Shown one piece after another: positions 46,891 through 59,539 of a stretch of DNA of 64,000 nucleotides. Below the pieces are notes generated by a model that ran no database searches, was not told the DNA's origin, and saw only the letters and a program-made list of their open reading frames with translations. This DNA comes from Halocafeteria seosinensis (lineage: Eukaryota), in assembly GCA_001687465.1 (NCBI GenBank), contig LVLI01000172.1, forward strand, positions 62,001-126,000, in the 5' to 3' direction. Position 1 is the first letter of the stretch; each line of letters begins with the position of its first letter. The position numbers and the translations under genes are program-made.

Positions 46891-47212
46891 ACCACACAAA
46901 AAAGTTTGGTATCCGCCCTCTTTGGACCACCGAGTGGTTTTAGGCCCCCCAGTCGCCGTGTTGACTCGGCCCGGGGGCCCCATTCATCTTCACAAAGTCG
47001 AATACACAGTAAAACGGGGTATGTGGTAGTTTATAGAGCTAACTGTTTGTATAGCACCGGGGAGATAGTACATATGCCGAAAAATGTCCCTGTAGGGTAG
47101 AATTCGAGGTCTGAGTGAGGAGTGTATACTGTCAAATACGGACCTGTTCTGTGTCACTAGTAGTGTGTTTTTCCTGTAACCCATTGTTAGTGCTTCCTAA
47201 AGGCAGTCCACA

Positions 47213-48156
47213 ATGGCGAGCAGGACCTATGGGCTGCTGAGCAGCTTGAGACCCATCGTGGCGGCTGGTACTGTGGCGACGACAACGGCATGGACGAGCA
47301 CCTCCAGGACTCAGGAATCGCAGAAGAATCTACCCAGTGTCGTTCGACAAGACGTGAATATCTCGAATCGTGAATGGCTGCAAATTGCTGAAGTTCTGCT
47401 TGATAACGATAAACTAGGCGATACCTCGAAAAGGAAGCAGCTGGCAACGCAGATATGCCGTCATGTCCAATCACAAATACCGTCAGCGGACACTTCCAAG
47501 AAGCGTCCGGACAAGTCAGTGCCTTCGGCTAACACTACAGTGGATCCAAAGAGAGACTTTCACCTTTCATTGAGTATGTCAGAATTCTTTCCCACCCAAC
47601 AGCATTTACTGCACCAAGCCTTAAGGTACCGTTTTGTTCCTCAAAATAAGCCGAGTTCGCACCTTCCGCACTGATGTTTTCTGCCTACTGCAGTGGTTCC
47701 GACAAATTAGAGAAATACGATGTAGTATGGTATCCTCGGCAGCAGCTCATTCAAGCTAAGGTTCGCTTTGGGCAGCATCTCAGTGGACATCCCGGTATTG
47801 TTCATGGGGGAGCTATTGCCAGTGTGTTTGATGATGCCTTTGGTGTACTCTTCTTCTCTCTTAGACTGGGCACAGGCTTCACTGCCAACTTAAATGTCAA
47901 CTATCGAAGCCCTATATATGCTGGTAGAGATGTGCTTTATCAAGTGGAACTAGAGGAGGTAGACGGCAAGAAAGTCAGGCTGAAGGCCTCAGCTTATGAT
48001 GCTAATGACACTTCCCACAAGTACGCTGACGCAACAGCTTTATTTATAGTGAAACATGTACCGTCTAGCAATGACGTCTTAGGAAAGATGAACGAGTATC
48101 TTAGTGAATTAGAGGAGGAAGCTCTACAGAGTAGGAAAGAGAAAGGAGGGCAGTAG
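47213..48156 (+). CDS. Hotdog-fold acyl-CoA thioesterase (THEM4/PaaI-like), copy 2, with presequence-like N-terminus (2 exons)
   Basis: Identical catalytic segment GHPGIVHGGAIASVFDD and the same intron position as copy 1. N-terminus MASRTYGLLSSLRPIVAAG. Confidence 0.9.
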
Positions 48157-48186
48157 ATTTTGGAACTACTACCCAATTTGGTTACA

Positions 48187-49679
48187 TTAGATGGACAAAG
48201 TATCCTGGATGCCGTGCAATACTGAAGCAGACTGATGAAGTTTCTGCAGCTCGTCATCGTTCAAATGCATTTGAACCACTTCGTGGATGCCTCCGGCACC
48301 CACAAGTGCCGGTACTGATAAGTACACTTCCTTGTCAACTCCATACAGACCCTGAACAACCGTGGAGACGGGAATGATTCGCTTCTCATTCCTCAATATT
48401 GCTGTAGAAATGTAGGCCACAGTCAATCCTGCAAGGCGCAATGATTCATAGCTCAATGTACAATTGCATCAGTGAGTTCTCCAACAGTGCATAAAAGCAT
48501 ACCTATCGCCCAGTTAGTATATCCTTTCCGACTAATAACGTCTTCAGCGGCGGAGACGACACTCCTGTATACAGCGTCCCAATTCTCCGAGTCGGATTGT
48601 GGGTCTCCCATGCTACTATTCAGGTTCTTCAATGATACTCCACCGATGGTAAGCTGACTCCAAGCGGGAACTGCAAAAGATTGCGTTGCAGGAATGAATA
48701 CCTCGCAGTAGCAGTCTTGAAAGGACTTACCGCTGGAATCCCCATGTTCACCGAGGATATACCCATGCACGCTGCTAGATGCCACACCAAGGCGCTTGGC
48801 AATTAGCGTTCTGAATCTGGAACTGTCCAATGCAGTCCCACTCCCGAACACTCGGTTCCACGGCAATTTAGATAGTTTCCACGTGACCCACGTCATAATG
48901 TCGCTGCGCAAAATAGAGCAAGAAACGCGATTGCCGTGCACACAATCCGACAACATCAAGAGCTCCAAATAACACTTCAACTCACCAAGGGTTAGAAACC
49001 ACCATGATACAGGTATGAGGGGCATACTTTACAATTTCCGGGACCATCCCTGCAAATTCATCAAGCAAGCCTTGAACACACGCACACACACACCTCTACA
49101 ACTGGATATCGATAGCGACATCGTGTCATTACCTTTAAAAATATCAACATTTCGCTGCACCAGGTCACGCCTGGACTCACCCAAGCGCTGGCGTACTCCT
49201 GCTGTAATGATCACTAAATTGGAGTCTTTGCACAAGGAATACTCCGTTCCGCCACTGTGTAATGCGGTAGGAGCAGGGTAGAACAAGAGGATCTGGCACC
49301 ACCAAGGAGGGAATAGAGCTTACATGATGGTTGTTTGCTTGCAAAAAGCCGATCCATGTTGCAGATCCATTACCTCTCCCTCAACCTTCTCCTTGGCGAC
49401 GTCAATGAGAGCGAGTTCAGAGCATACTCCCTGCAAGAGAATGGGCATGTCAGGCAAAAAAGCTTCAATAATGAGAAAAACCGCACCTACTTGGTTCAAG
49501 ATCGAATATGCACAGGCCAGTCCCACTGCTCCTCCTCCACCGACGATGGATATTTTCGTGTGAGATCGACGCAGGAAAGCATTCCCCTCTGCTTCTGCAG
49601 ATCGGCCTTGGCTGCTTGCCTCCTCGGAAAGTTTGGGACGGACGAAGAGTCCGGGGAGATACTCATCTGATGCCGACAT
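48187..49679 (-). CDS. ldh: L-lactate dehydrogenase, multi-exon
   Basis: [37 protein letters not shown] (Gln at the LDH-vs-MDH specificity position), [18 protein letters not shown] and KGYTNWAIG. Confidence 0.95.
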
Positions 49680-50441
49680 TGTTTCCAAATCGTCATCAAT
49701 GCAAGAATGTTTGATATAAAACGCCCCTCAGTTGATCGAGCTCAATCAACTCGACTAACATACAATGTGTTGTATCAGCTTGGCTGCCGCCATCTTCACA
49801 AGGTGACAGACAGGATTTCCTCCAGACGGCCAGTATGCGTTGTACGAATATGGAGAAGGTAGATCGAAGTACCTATTCTAATCCATCAATGACGGGTAAA
49901 TAAAGAAGTTGTGCTTGGCACAGTACCAGCGGACGGAGAAACAAGCACTGGCACAGTAGTACACATACCAACGTCCGTACACAATTCACTCAGAATTTCC
50001 ATGTGGTTGGAAAGCAGCTAGGAATTTATATTAGCAGCTCACAGCGCCCTACATATGCCATGTATGCGAGGTCCGCGCGCATGGCAGATGATTCGCATTC
50101 AGACATTCAAGAAATTCCAATCGCAGCTACTCTGCAAGTAGAACGTAGATACCGGCGAGTGAGGGGCATTCGCCCTAATTTTTATTTTATTTTTGTATAT
50201 TGGGGAATGAACGCCTGACACAGTGGTCTGTCTCCTACAATATTAGGGTGCGAGAGGTCAAAGTGAGGTGGGCAGGTTGACTCTCCACGCCGTCGCGTTC
50301 ACTCATAAAATAAGAAAGGATTGTCAGCACAACTAGCAATATGAACCCACCATGTATGATTCGATAGTATCAAAATTTGGTTTTGCACACGAACCATTGC
50401 CGTATGGAATGAGAATTCTGCTCGTATTCCCATGAGACTGA

Positions 50442-50920
50442 ATGGAGCAGGACGGAAAATCTCCTGAAAAACTCCCGCACCGGCTTTTCACGCCGTCCGG
50501 CGAGAAGGAAGTGTCCGTAGGCGATGTTGTGAATATCTTACAGAATCAGGTAAGCAGACTGCCAACCTGTTATTCATTAGGCAACAGCATCAACCATCCA
50601 GCTGGTGCGGACCGTGGGTAACGGTCGCGTTGACCACTACGAGAGTAGTGTTCTTCATATTTGCAGAGGGCTCACTCATTTGTTGTCGATTATTCCCGCA
50701 GAGTTGTCATAATTCAAGATTTATGGACCTAGCTGTTCCAGAACCTGTATTCAACGCTGCTCGTAGAGCTCTTTATGGGTGTTCTTTGGACACTGTTCTT
50801 CCCTGGCTGCAGGGAGCAACTGCGCATACTGCGGTTGTGCCCAGGACGACCGAAGACTCAGCTGCACGCCCATTTTTCGATACAGAAGCCTTAGAAAAAG
50901 ACATAACTGATATCGAGTGA
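50442..50920 (+). CDS. LENDLTD-family orphan protein A (3 exons)
   Basis: MEQDGKSPEK...GDVVNILQNQ|ATASTIQLVRTV|EGSLICC...LAVPEPVFNAARRA...ALEKDITDIE*; canonical introns keep the frame. Confidence 0.55.
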
Positions 50921-51981
50921 ACGATCAGATAATGAATGAGGCAACATGCAAGTCGAGGATCTCTGCAGAATTATCTGCCGCATGCTGAATCATTGCTGAT
51001 GGAGAGTCCATTGGAGCCGCAACGATAGCTGCGGTCATGCGTCTTCCGGTAGGAGTAATACCAATACACACGTCATGCCTATGGAGATGGAGCACCACGA
51101 AGCGAACTAGATGTGAGTCAAAGAGCGATTTCGATCTGCCCCACAAACGTAATCGAGGGTTGTTCCAGTGCCAAATGAGAAACCCCCAACCATTCACATT
51201 TGGATTTTCATTGTTTCTCCATTGATCCGTTTGATTAAACCAAGACTGACAGTCTGCATAGTGAAACATTGAAGTTCCTGTGCTATAAAGTTAAAGAGAA
51301 TTGAATTTACTGACTCTATGTGATTCCATTGGATTTGAGACCTCTGCAGCTCCTGAAGTACTGATTGAGCAGCTGACCCTGCTTCTGTGATGACTCAGTA
51401 TAGGCATGAGTCCGCGAACGTGAATCCTCGAGCAATAAATATGTGAGGCTGCAGCGCTGGTATCTAATCTAGGTCTATACAAGGCCTGTCACGTCCGTCG
51501 TCTTCGCTCAGAAATCAGAGGAGGCGATACACACACAGCCGAACAAAGTGAAGACTATCGACTCGCTGTCCTGACAGACAGAGCCAGTGATGGATACCAG
51601 CAGGTACTGCGCCGATGATATTGTAAGGATTATCACAAATTCAAGAGTGATAACAACTTAGGAAGTATAGTATGTATTTTGTGTAGACCATTGTGCCTGC
51701 GCCACGGAGTTACGACCATCCGGTAACCCGGTTATTTATACAGAAGTATGTTGCACTCTTCTCAAGATTATGGCTTGAACGGTGTGATTGCCGTTTATTA
51801 ATAAAAAACAAGCAGTCTTGGTTGTGAATGCTCGCGCTCTATTAGCACGGCAGGATTGTGTGTGTGTGTGTGGATTCCAAACAAGCGGGATTTGATCAGG
51901 GTATTACGGCAAAATCGTATTACGGGCAGCAAGCCAACAATCTGCGTTGATATATTTGCAAACGCGATATTTGGTAGCAAA

Positions 51982-52553
51982 ATGGAAGCCTATAATATTC
52001 GAGGGAAAGGGGAAGCGACAGTTTCCGAAGGCTCTAGGCCAGCTCTCGCTTGGAGTGACAAGACCACCACAGAAGCCCTGGTGTGGAAAGTTGAGAGCAC
52101 CATTCCAAATAGCCTTGACTCCATGGCTCCGGCTCAAAATAGTCACTCGATTAACGTAAGTGCATCGTTGTTGTTTTCATTCAAAACAGAATCTACAGTT
52201 TTATCTTCACGAATTTGCGTCGTGTATGATCTCAGCCCTCTACACCCAGACGAGAATCCTTTGGAGAAGCGGTTGAAAGAGACATGGCGCAATTCGTTAC
52301 AAACTTACTAAAACGAGACAGATCGCCAGAGCCTGCCGTGAAAATGAGCCCTTTATGTTGTACTTCCTACTTGTCCATCCCGGAAGCTACTGTCATGGCA
52401 TGCTTAAGAAGAGCCAATGTCGAGGAAGAAGAGGATCCGCATCTTCTTAAACATAACCAGCTCTGGGAAAAAGACTCAACCGTGAAGCTGATAAAAGCAC
52501 AATTTGATCTGGAAAACGATTTGACAGACCATGTAGAGGATGACACCTCGTAA
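51982..52553 (+). CDS. LENDLTD-family orphan protein B (2 exons: 51982-52155, 52236-52553)
   Basis: Phase-0 GTAAGT..CTCAG intron; FVTNLLKRD...LSIPEATVMACLRRA...DLENDLTDHVEDDTS*. Confidence 0.6.
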
Positions 52554-53139
52554 TTGCATTGGTTCCCTACGTTCCTTAGGCCAGCAGGCAACGTTAACGT
52601 ACCCGCTTACTTCAATAGCGGTACCCGGTCTCGGCAAACACGAAACTGCAGTACGGTATGCAACCGACGGGATCCGGATTCAGTTAATAGCGAAAGTCGA
52701 CTAAGGAGCAAAGGTCACTACAGTCACTCGCAGTGCAGTGCAGTGCAGTTTTTACCCCCACATCGGGATATTACGATCGTCCGCACAGTGGATACGCACT
52801 GATGGGATACATGAGTATAGTACGATATGGCAATAATGGTGATGTGCTATATGGCATACACACCCCGCAGTGCTAATAGTGCTATTACTCCCTGTCAGGC
52901 TGGCAGTGTCAGCCTCTAACTGAAGTTGAACCACTTTGAACTGAACCGACTTCAACTTTACTACCGATAGTGTGACGTGGACTAACGAAGAAGCCAGTCC
53001 AACCGGCAGAAGAAGAATACTGAACACAGAACAGATTCGTGGCCGATTTGTCGAGTATTCAAAGGGATACATCTATATGCACTGAATAAGAAGCCTATAC
53101 CGAGCTTCGCACGAACACCAAATTACTGATGAGTTCATC

Positions 53140-53755
53140 ATGAGATTCGAAACAAACAACAGCAACGGATACTCAACTGACAGACAACTGAAGGTACCGA
53201 GCATTAGAGATAACTGCTAATGCGATACCGTGAAAATCCCTAGTAGTATAAGAGAGAGAGATAGCGATGGGCGTTACTCTTCTGAAGCACTCAGTACTCA
53301 TTCTGGCGAAACGAAGTCTCAAGTAGTGTTTACGCCACATAGCTATGGAAGTGTGACGGTAAGAGCTTTTTGACACTTATTGTGATCTCTGCTTACTTGA
53401 AATGCGATTGGCGCTTCCAGGCTGGTCCGTTGACAAGGGATGGAAACGAGAAAGAAACCGCTGGGGGGACAGCGTTGAGCTGGTAAAGACAGGGCTGTCA
53501 TTCGAGCACGTAGAAAGAAGTAGAAAACGAAGCTATCGCGACTTTATTGAACCCCGGAGAATCCAACAGGAGTAGCCACTTGTGTCCTCTTGCAATATCG
53601 GAATTCGCTCTTAATTCGTATTTAAGGAGAATCGCAAATGAAGAACGAGTACTGAAACCAGCAAAGTACTTAATCCGACCAATGACAGGAGTTTGGACTC
53701 CACGGATACGGTTGATTTAGAGAATGATCTTACAGATTCCTGTAGCACATACTGA
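53140..53755 (+). pseudogene. Disrupted LENDLTD-family copy C
   Basis: Retains AIATLLN...LAISEFALNSYLRR and DLENDLTDSCSTY*. Has in-frame stops (53218, 53484, 53511) and a frameshift near 53645. Confidence 0.55.
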
Positions 53756-54789
53756 GGTAAACATTTCCCTGCGATACATAAGAAACACTGTGCATTTGAA
53801 GTCCTCTGGCATCAGCGACACGGTTACCGAAGCTGACGGCATGTCAGAGAATGAGGAAGCATTTTCGCTATTTTGCGTGCCAGCAACTCTATTAGCTAAG
53901 ACAAAAGCAAAAATGAAATGGGTATAGTGTATGCAGACATTGATGCCTAACTACATAACTCATTGTTACCGTATCACGTGATACCGCGGTGCAGGACACT
54001 GCACTTATTTAAGTCTTATTAGACAAGAGCGTGCACTGAAACATAGACGACCCAAAGTTGTATGGATAACTTCCATTAAATGTAAGCGATGAATGGTTAA
54101 CATAGTTGAGCCATCTGGACTCCCGCCGGTAGACGACTCCCTGGTGTACACTACATACTCAAGGAAACGAACGGCTGCGTTGTACGCTTCCACCTGTTTC
54201 TGGATTAGTATGATTTTATCGTAATCTATGTTTGCATCGTAGCAGCGAAGTTGCGTTGCTAACTGTGGCAATGGCGGCATGCATAACCTCGTTGCGGAGT
54301 TTGAAGTCGGCTTCTAGAAACTCACCGTTACGAGTGACAACAGCGCTGACACTCGTCTCAAATTGCTTGTCTCTCCATCCAAACAGAATGATTCCCTGTT
54401 GGCACTGCTCTTACTGAAGTGGTTACCTTGACTGGTTGTGTCACCGTCTCACCTCCTTGCCTTCGCCCGTTGGGTATGTGCTGCACGGAGTTTAGGCTCT
54501 ACAGGGTGTGACGTGGTGACTAAAATTCCGATTGAGGACAGGTATACTCCTACCATACTTCAGTAGTGTTCAATTTTATCACGATTTGATACCACCTGAC
54601 TTAGGGATTGCCACTTTAAGAACCCCTATACCATCGGGAATCCTGTACGCAGAGGCCAGCTAACAGAGCTGCTGCTGGATTGACAAGCTGCACATTGCAC
54701 TTACGTGCACAACACCATAGAGGTACATGCGTGGACGGAACAGTACCTGGTATACACAAGGCTCTACCAATTTGTCGAGTGCTGGTACA

Positions 54790-55266
54790 ATGGAAGGAAA
54801 AGAAATACCAACTAATGATAGTCACACTGTAGCTGCACATAGATGTATGCATACATGTACAAACAGGAGGGAGAAGAACCCAAATCCGATGGACAGTGAC
54901 GATGACGTAAGTGCACACGTGGTAATCTGTCAACTTGAGGAAAGTTTATCACAGACTTCGTTTATGCAGCCAGTTCCTACGGGTCGGCAATATAAAGCAA
55001 AAACAGCTGACGATGTAATAATTGAGCAGTTGTTGAACAGGGAAACTGATATGCCTCCAAGGTACCCGCTGTCACCCCCCGTGTTCATTTCGGAACGGGC
55101 ATTCAATCAGTATTTGAGGCAACCTGACGCCGAGGAAGGCCCACGGGCTGTGGAGGATAAGCAGCCAAATTGTTTTGGAATATTTACGATACTATGTTCT
55201 GGAGCAGACAAAGGACCAGACGATGGTTTTGTGCTTGAGAATGACTTAACAGACAGCTTGGCATAA
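54790..55266 (+). CDS. LENDLTD-family orphan protein D (probable in-frame 63-nt intron 54907-54969)
   Basis: MEGKEIP...VIIEQLLNRE...VFISERAFNQYLRQ...VLENDLTDSLA*. Confidence 0.6.
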   Translation: MEGKEIPTNDSHTVAAHRCMHTCTNRREKNPNPMDSDDDVSAHVVICQLEESLSQTSFMQPVPTGRQYKAKTADDVIIEQLLNRETDMPPRYPLSPPVFISERAFNQYLRQPDAEEGPRAVEDKQPNCFGIFTILCSGADKGPDDGFVLENDLTDSLA

Positions 55267-55884
55267 TGCACTAAGAGCTTACTGGAACTATAGCATGTCA
55301 GTAGCGGTCTTGAGATCTTTCGTTTCCCAGTCCGTCAAAATGCCCTATGCTACCTGCTACCGTACAGTGCTACGGTATGCGTAGCTACTAAGTCTGTGTG
55401 CTGGATCCCTGCTACTGAGTTGTAGTGAGGTCTCCCGGGTTCGGCATCCCACGCGTGTACGTACATATCACGCAAGTCATTTCACGGGATGTTTAGGCAA
55501 ACTGAGGTCACAGCCGGAGGATTGGTTGATGTCAGTGAAACAGTGCGGGTTGGAGAAGGTATCGATTCTATTAGCGCAGTACGAGAATTCTTTTTCCGTG
55601 TTCGAATCTTTACCTCTTTCAACCAAATTAATACAACAAAGGCTGAGCTATTTGGTATCCTGCATTGTAGAAAGTCTGTATGTATGCGGACTGCATACTC
55701 GTACCTATTCTTGTCCAAGACGACAATCTTTTCGGAGTGTTACAAAATTCAAACAAAAATCGATTCAAAAACGCTGTTTCTATCGATGGTATACGCACTA
55801 CTGCGAGAGTTTGACAGGCCGATACCTTGTGAGATAATTCGTATCTTTCGCTCATTCTATAGTAGAGCTTTAGACTCCGCGAAA

Positions 55885-57217
55885 ATGTCTTCATCTGCTT
55901 CTGCAGCGGCCGCGGCCTCGGGAGGCTCACAAGACCAAGACGACGATATCGCCATGTTCGAGAGCAATAATGGCTCCAAGGGCTCTCATACAGCACAGAA
56001 CAACGATCAGCCCGGATCTAATGCTGACAATATCTTGGAGGCTCCCTTCGTAGAGAAATACAGACCGATCAAACTGGACGACATTGTGGGAAATGAGGAG
56101 ACATTGGAACGCCTTAAACTCATTGCCAGCGATGGCAATATGAATAACCTTATCATTGCAGTATGTACTACTTGGGAGTACCGCCACTCACGTATCGAGA
56201 CGGTGTGCTTGCTTGTTTTGTGTGATCTGAACAGGGGCCTCCTGGGACTGGAAAAACGACGTCGATTCTTTGCTTGTCCCATGAGATGCTTGGAAGTGCA
56301 TATCATGACGCGGTGTTGGAGATGAACGCCTCGGATGATAGGTATGTTGATACAACATAGAAATATACTACTGGGTACATGGGAGAATGTTAATGTGGGT
56401 TCATTGCAGGGGTATTGATGTCGTACGGGAGAAAATAAAACACTTTGCCAAGAGGAAGGTAACATTACCTGCTGGGAAACATAAGATCGTTATCCTAGAT
56501 GAGGCTGATAGTATGACGTCTGGTGCACAACAAGCAATGAGAAGGATCATGGAGCTATACAGTAACACGACTAGGTTCGCCTTGGCGTGTAACAATTCTA
56601 CCAAAATCATCGAGCCCATACAAAGCCGCTGTGCCATTCTTCGCTATTCAAGACTCACGGATGAGCAGATTCTTCGACGACTTGTTGAGGTATGCGATAT
56701 GGAAAATATCCCTAGAACTGATAAAGGGTTGGAGGCCATTTTATTTACTGCCGAAGGAGATATGCGAAACGCGTTGAACAATTTGCAGTCGACGTATGCT
56801 GGGTTCGGGCTTGTCAACGAGACGAATGTCTTCAAGGTTTGTGATCAGCCTCACCCTTATACTGTACGAGCGATTGTCCAATCATGTGTCGATGGGAAGC
56901 TTGACGAAGGGCTAAATTATCTCAAGGAGCTTACTCATGAAGGCTATGCCTCCGTCGACATCGTCGGGACCATTTTCCGAGTTGTCAGATCTATGGATAT
57001 GGATGAATCACTAAAGTTGGATCTCTGCAAGGTATGCTGATCATTATCTTGTTAGCTTGCGACATTTGTAAGACCCCAACATGAGTTTCTGTTCCTGCAG
57101 CAAATAGGACTCTTTCACATGAGAATTGCTGATGGAGCCGTATCGGCCCTTCAACTGCAAGGTCTGTGCGCTAGAATGTACTCAGTGGCTGAGGAAAGCA
57201 CACGGAAAAGCAAATAA
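55885..57217 (+). CDS. RFC2: Replication factor C small subunit (human RFC2 / yeast Rfc4 type), 4 exons
   Basis: [49 protein letters not shown] and IQSRC. Confidence 0.95.
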
Positions 57218-57286
57218 TACATGGACTGAACGAACGCATATGTATATAAGTTTCCATGAATCTACATTAAGTTTGCTAACCTAGCG

Positions 57287-59539
57287 CTACCTTAGAGAAA
57301 GGGGTGCTAAAAACTCCCTACCTTCTTTCAGGGTCAGCGTCCATCCGGAATCAAGATGGTCACCTCCATATTTTTGAAGGGTAGTACCAGTAGGTTTCGA
57401 TAGTTGTCGAGCCTCTCTGGGAGTACCACCATTGTTGGAAGGAAGACCAGATGTCCTAGGAGGCGGAAGCGGTTGTGCGGTAGGCTCCATTTCCCGAGGA
57501 TAACGGTCAGTTTTCTCTCTAGCATTGGAAACCTTGTGTGTATGTATCCGGGGAGAGATGCCTCGAGGTGACACATCCTTAGACAAACCGTTTCTTCCAC
57601 TTGTTGGCTTCGACGAGCGGCCGCTCAGTGCGGCATCTGCTTGATGAGCTTGTTGTATCGGTGAGTGCAACTCGCGAGCCCGGTTATGCTTTCGAGGAAA
57701 TCGTTCCTGGGCTTCGTTCCTCGCGACGTCTTCTTTGGCAGCGGCAATTACGTTACGTGGTCCTAAGCCTCTTGCTGACCCGTGTTCATCGTCTGAAGTC
57801 CGTTGAGAAATCTGAGATGACTCCTCACCGCGACGAGGTGAGGATTCGACGCTCTTCTTGTTGGATGGAGAGTCCTGTTGGCCGCCAACACGTTGGTTTA
57901 CGGTCCTATGTACCAAGGGCTTTAATTGCAAAGGTGGCACTTGAGCGGTGGTAAGCTTGCCCTCATTCTTAGTACTTTGAGCAGCCGGTCGATTCTCATC
58001 CGGGGTATCTTCGGATGGCTGATTGCTATCTGCCAGGGCAGACGCTGCACGTTCAACTGTTCGAAGGAGATGTACGGGGGCCTCTTGAATCCACGGATGC
58101 TCGCGGGCCTTTTCTGGAGGAGCACGAAAACCCCCTACATTTACTATCCCCATCTCAAACCAAGTGTGCCGATGACAGTACGTACCTGGAGTTAACCGCT
58201 CTGTTGGGTCCCATTCCAAACAGCCTCGAATAAATGAAAGAAAGTTACCATCTGAGCAGCCTGAGAGTTCTTCTAGCGTCTGTTACACCACCCAAAATGA
58301 GACTACGTAGAAAGCTAGTAGAATCCACAAGGTACTCGATGCCACTTACTGTTGACGAGGGAAAGCGATAACGCCCCTGAGGATTTGGGCGTATAAAAGG
58401 TTGCAGGTTTGAGTCAAAAAACTGAGTTCTACGTTTGCAGCTTTCTCTCATTTGAAGCGGTGGAGGACCGAAAACTTCCATTATGCACGCAAGCTGTTCA
58501 CTTTCATCTTGTCCTGGAAATAACGGATAACCGGTGAATATCTCCACCAGAATCAGCGCAAAACTCCACATATCTATTCCCATCCCATATGATAGGCCTA
58601 GTATCACTTCCGGCGCTCGATAGAACCTTGATTGTATGTAACTGTACTTCCTTTGAGATTCGAAACATCCACTCCCAAAATCTATAACCTGCATTGCAAA
58701 AATAACTTAAATAGACTTCTTGCATTGGACAAGACGCATTAACGAATCAGTTTACATACCCAAAGGGAGTATCGATTAGGATACCGCAGCAGTACGTTCT
58801 CTGGTTTTAGGTCGCAGTGTACAATGTTCAAACTGTAAGCGGGTACGCCCTCGTAAACCAATGTCGATAGTCTTCCACTTGGAACAACTTGGTGAAACAC
58901 TTACCTTCGCATGAAGCACAGCGTAGTAAGCATTTGCGCGGCAAACTTAACCACAAGGGACAGGTTGAATCCTCTGAATTTATACTTCTTAATCAGCTCG
59001 TATAGATTCAAGCTTGCAAGAGGAAATACAATACACAAATGCTCCCGAAACGTAAAATTATTGTGCACTGGTATCACATTACTAAGTCCCTGAGGATCAT
59101 TTTCCTGCAAGGTAGTAAGTAGCTGTACTTCCACTTTGGCTTGCTTGTGGAAACGCCTCTTGTTCCGGATAATCTTGACAGCCACTTTGCTGTCGTCTTT
59201 GTGGTCTCGACATTCTGCCACTTGTCCAAAAGAACCTGAGCCCAGTTTCGTCAATACTTCATACCGGTAGAGAAGATGGTCGCGGATGGCAACCTTGTAA
59301 TCCCCTCGTTTATCGTCATAACCAAAATTATGGGGTGCATCAGCACTTGCGCTTGTCTTCTTAGGAGCTCTGGATCCCCAATAGTATACCTCCGAGTATC
59401 CCAGGATTTCCTCTTGCTCGTACGGGACCAACTCATGGTAATGGTCCTGCAACACTTTGTAAGGTGACATGGCATTGGAGCCGGCATCTGCGTTCTGCCT
59501 CCCAGACATGGCGTTCAAGTCATTGCCTTCGTCCGTCAT
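57287..59539 (-). CDS. Class-2 DYRK dual-specificity kinase (DYRK2/3/4-like), multi-exon; 5' end may extend further upstream
   Basis: NAPA-like YEQEEILGYSEVYYWG, DH-box YDDKRGDY, GSGSFGQV, HCDLKPEN, IDFGSG and YSYIQSRFYRAPE. Confidence 0.92.

Noticed and set aside
46905..46985. GC-rich, potentially folding segment just after the ANK-kinase-RZ stop, considered as a tRNA or ncRNA
   Set aside because: No cloverleaf and no T-loop GTTCRA motif; function unsupported.
51857..51872. (TG)n microsatellite
   Set aside because: Short, ordinary simple repeat.
53140..53755. Stop-codon reassignment as an explanation for in-frame TAA/TAG
   Set aside because: Conserved genes in the window terminate at TAA, TAG and TGA and have no internal stops.
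54005..54560. Possible small minus-strand spliced gene inside the orphan array
   Set aside because: One plausible exon (GIILFGWRDKQFETSV), but no start-to-stop model.
55489..55884. Long N-terminal extension of RFC2 suggested by the ORF track
   Set aside because: The sequence does not look protein-like, and the GAAAATG at 55885 gives a normal-length subunit.
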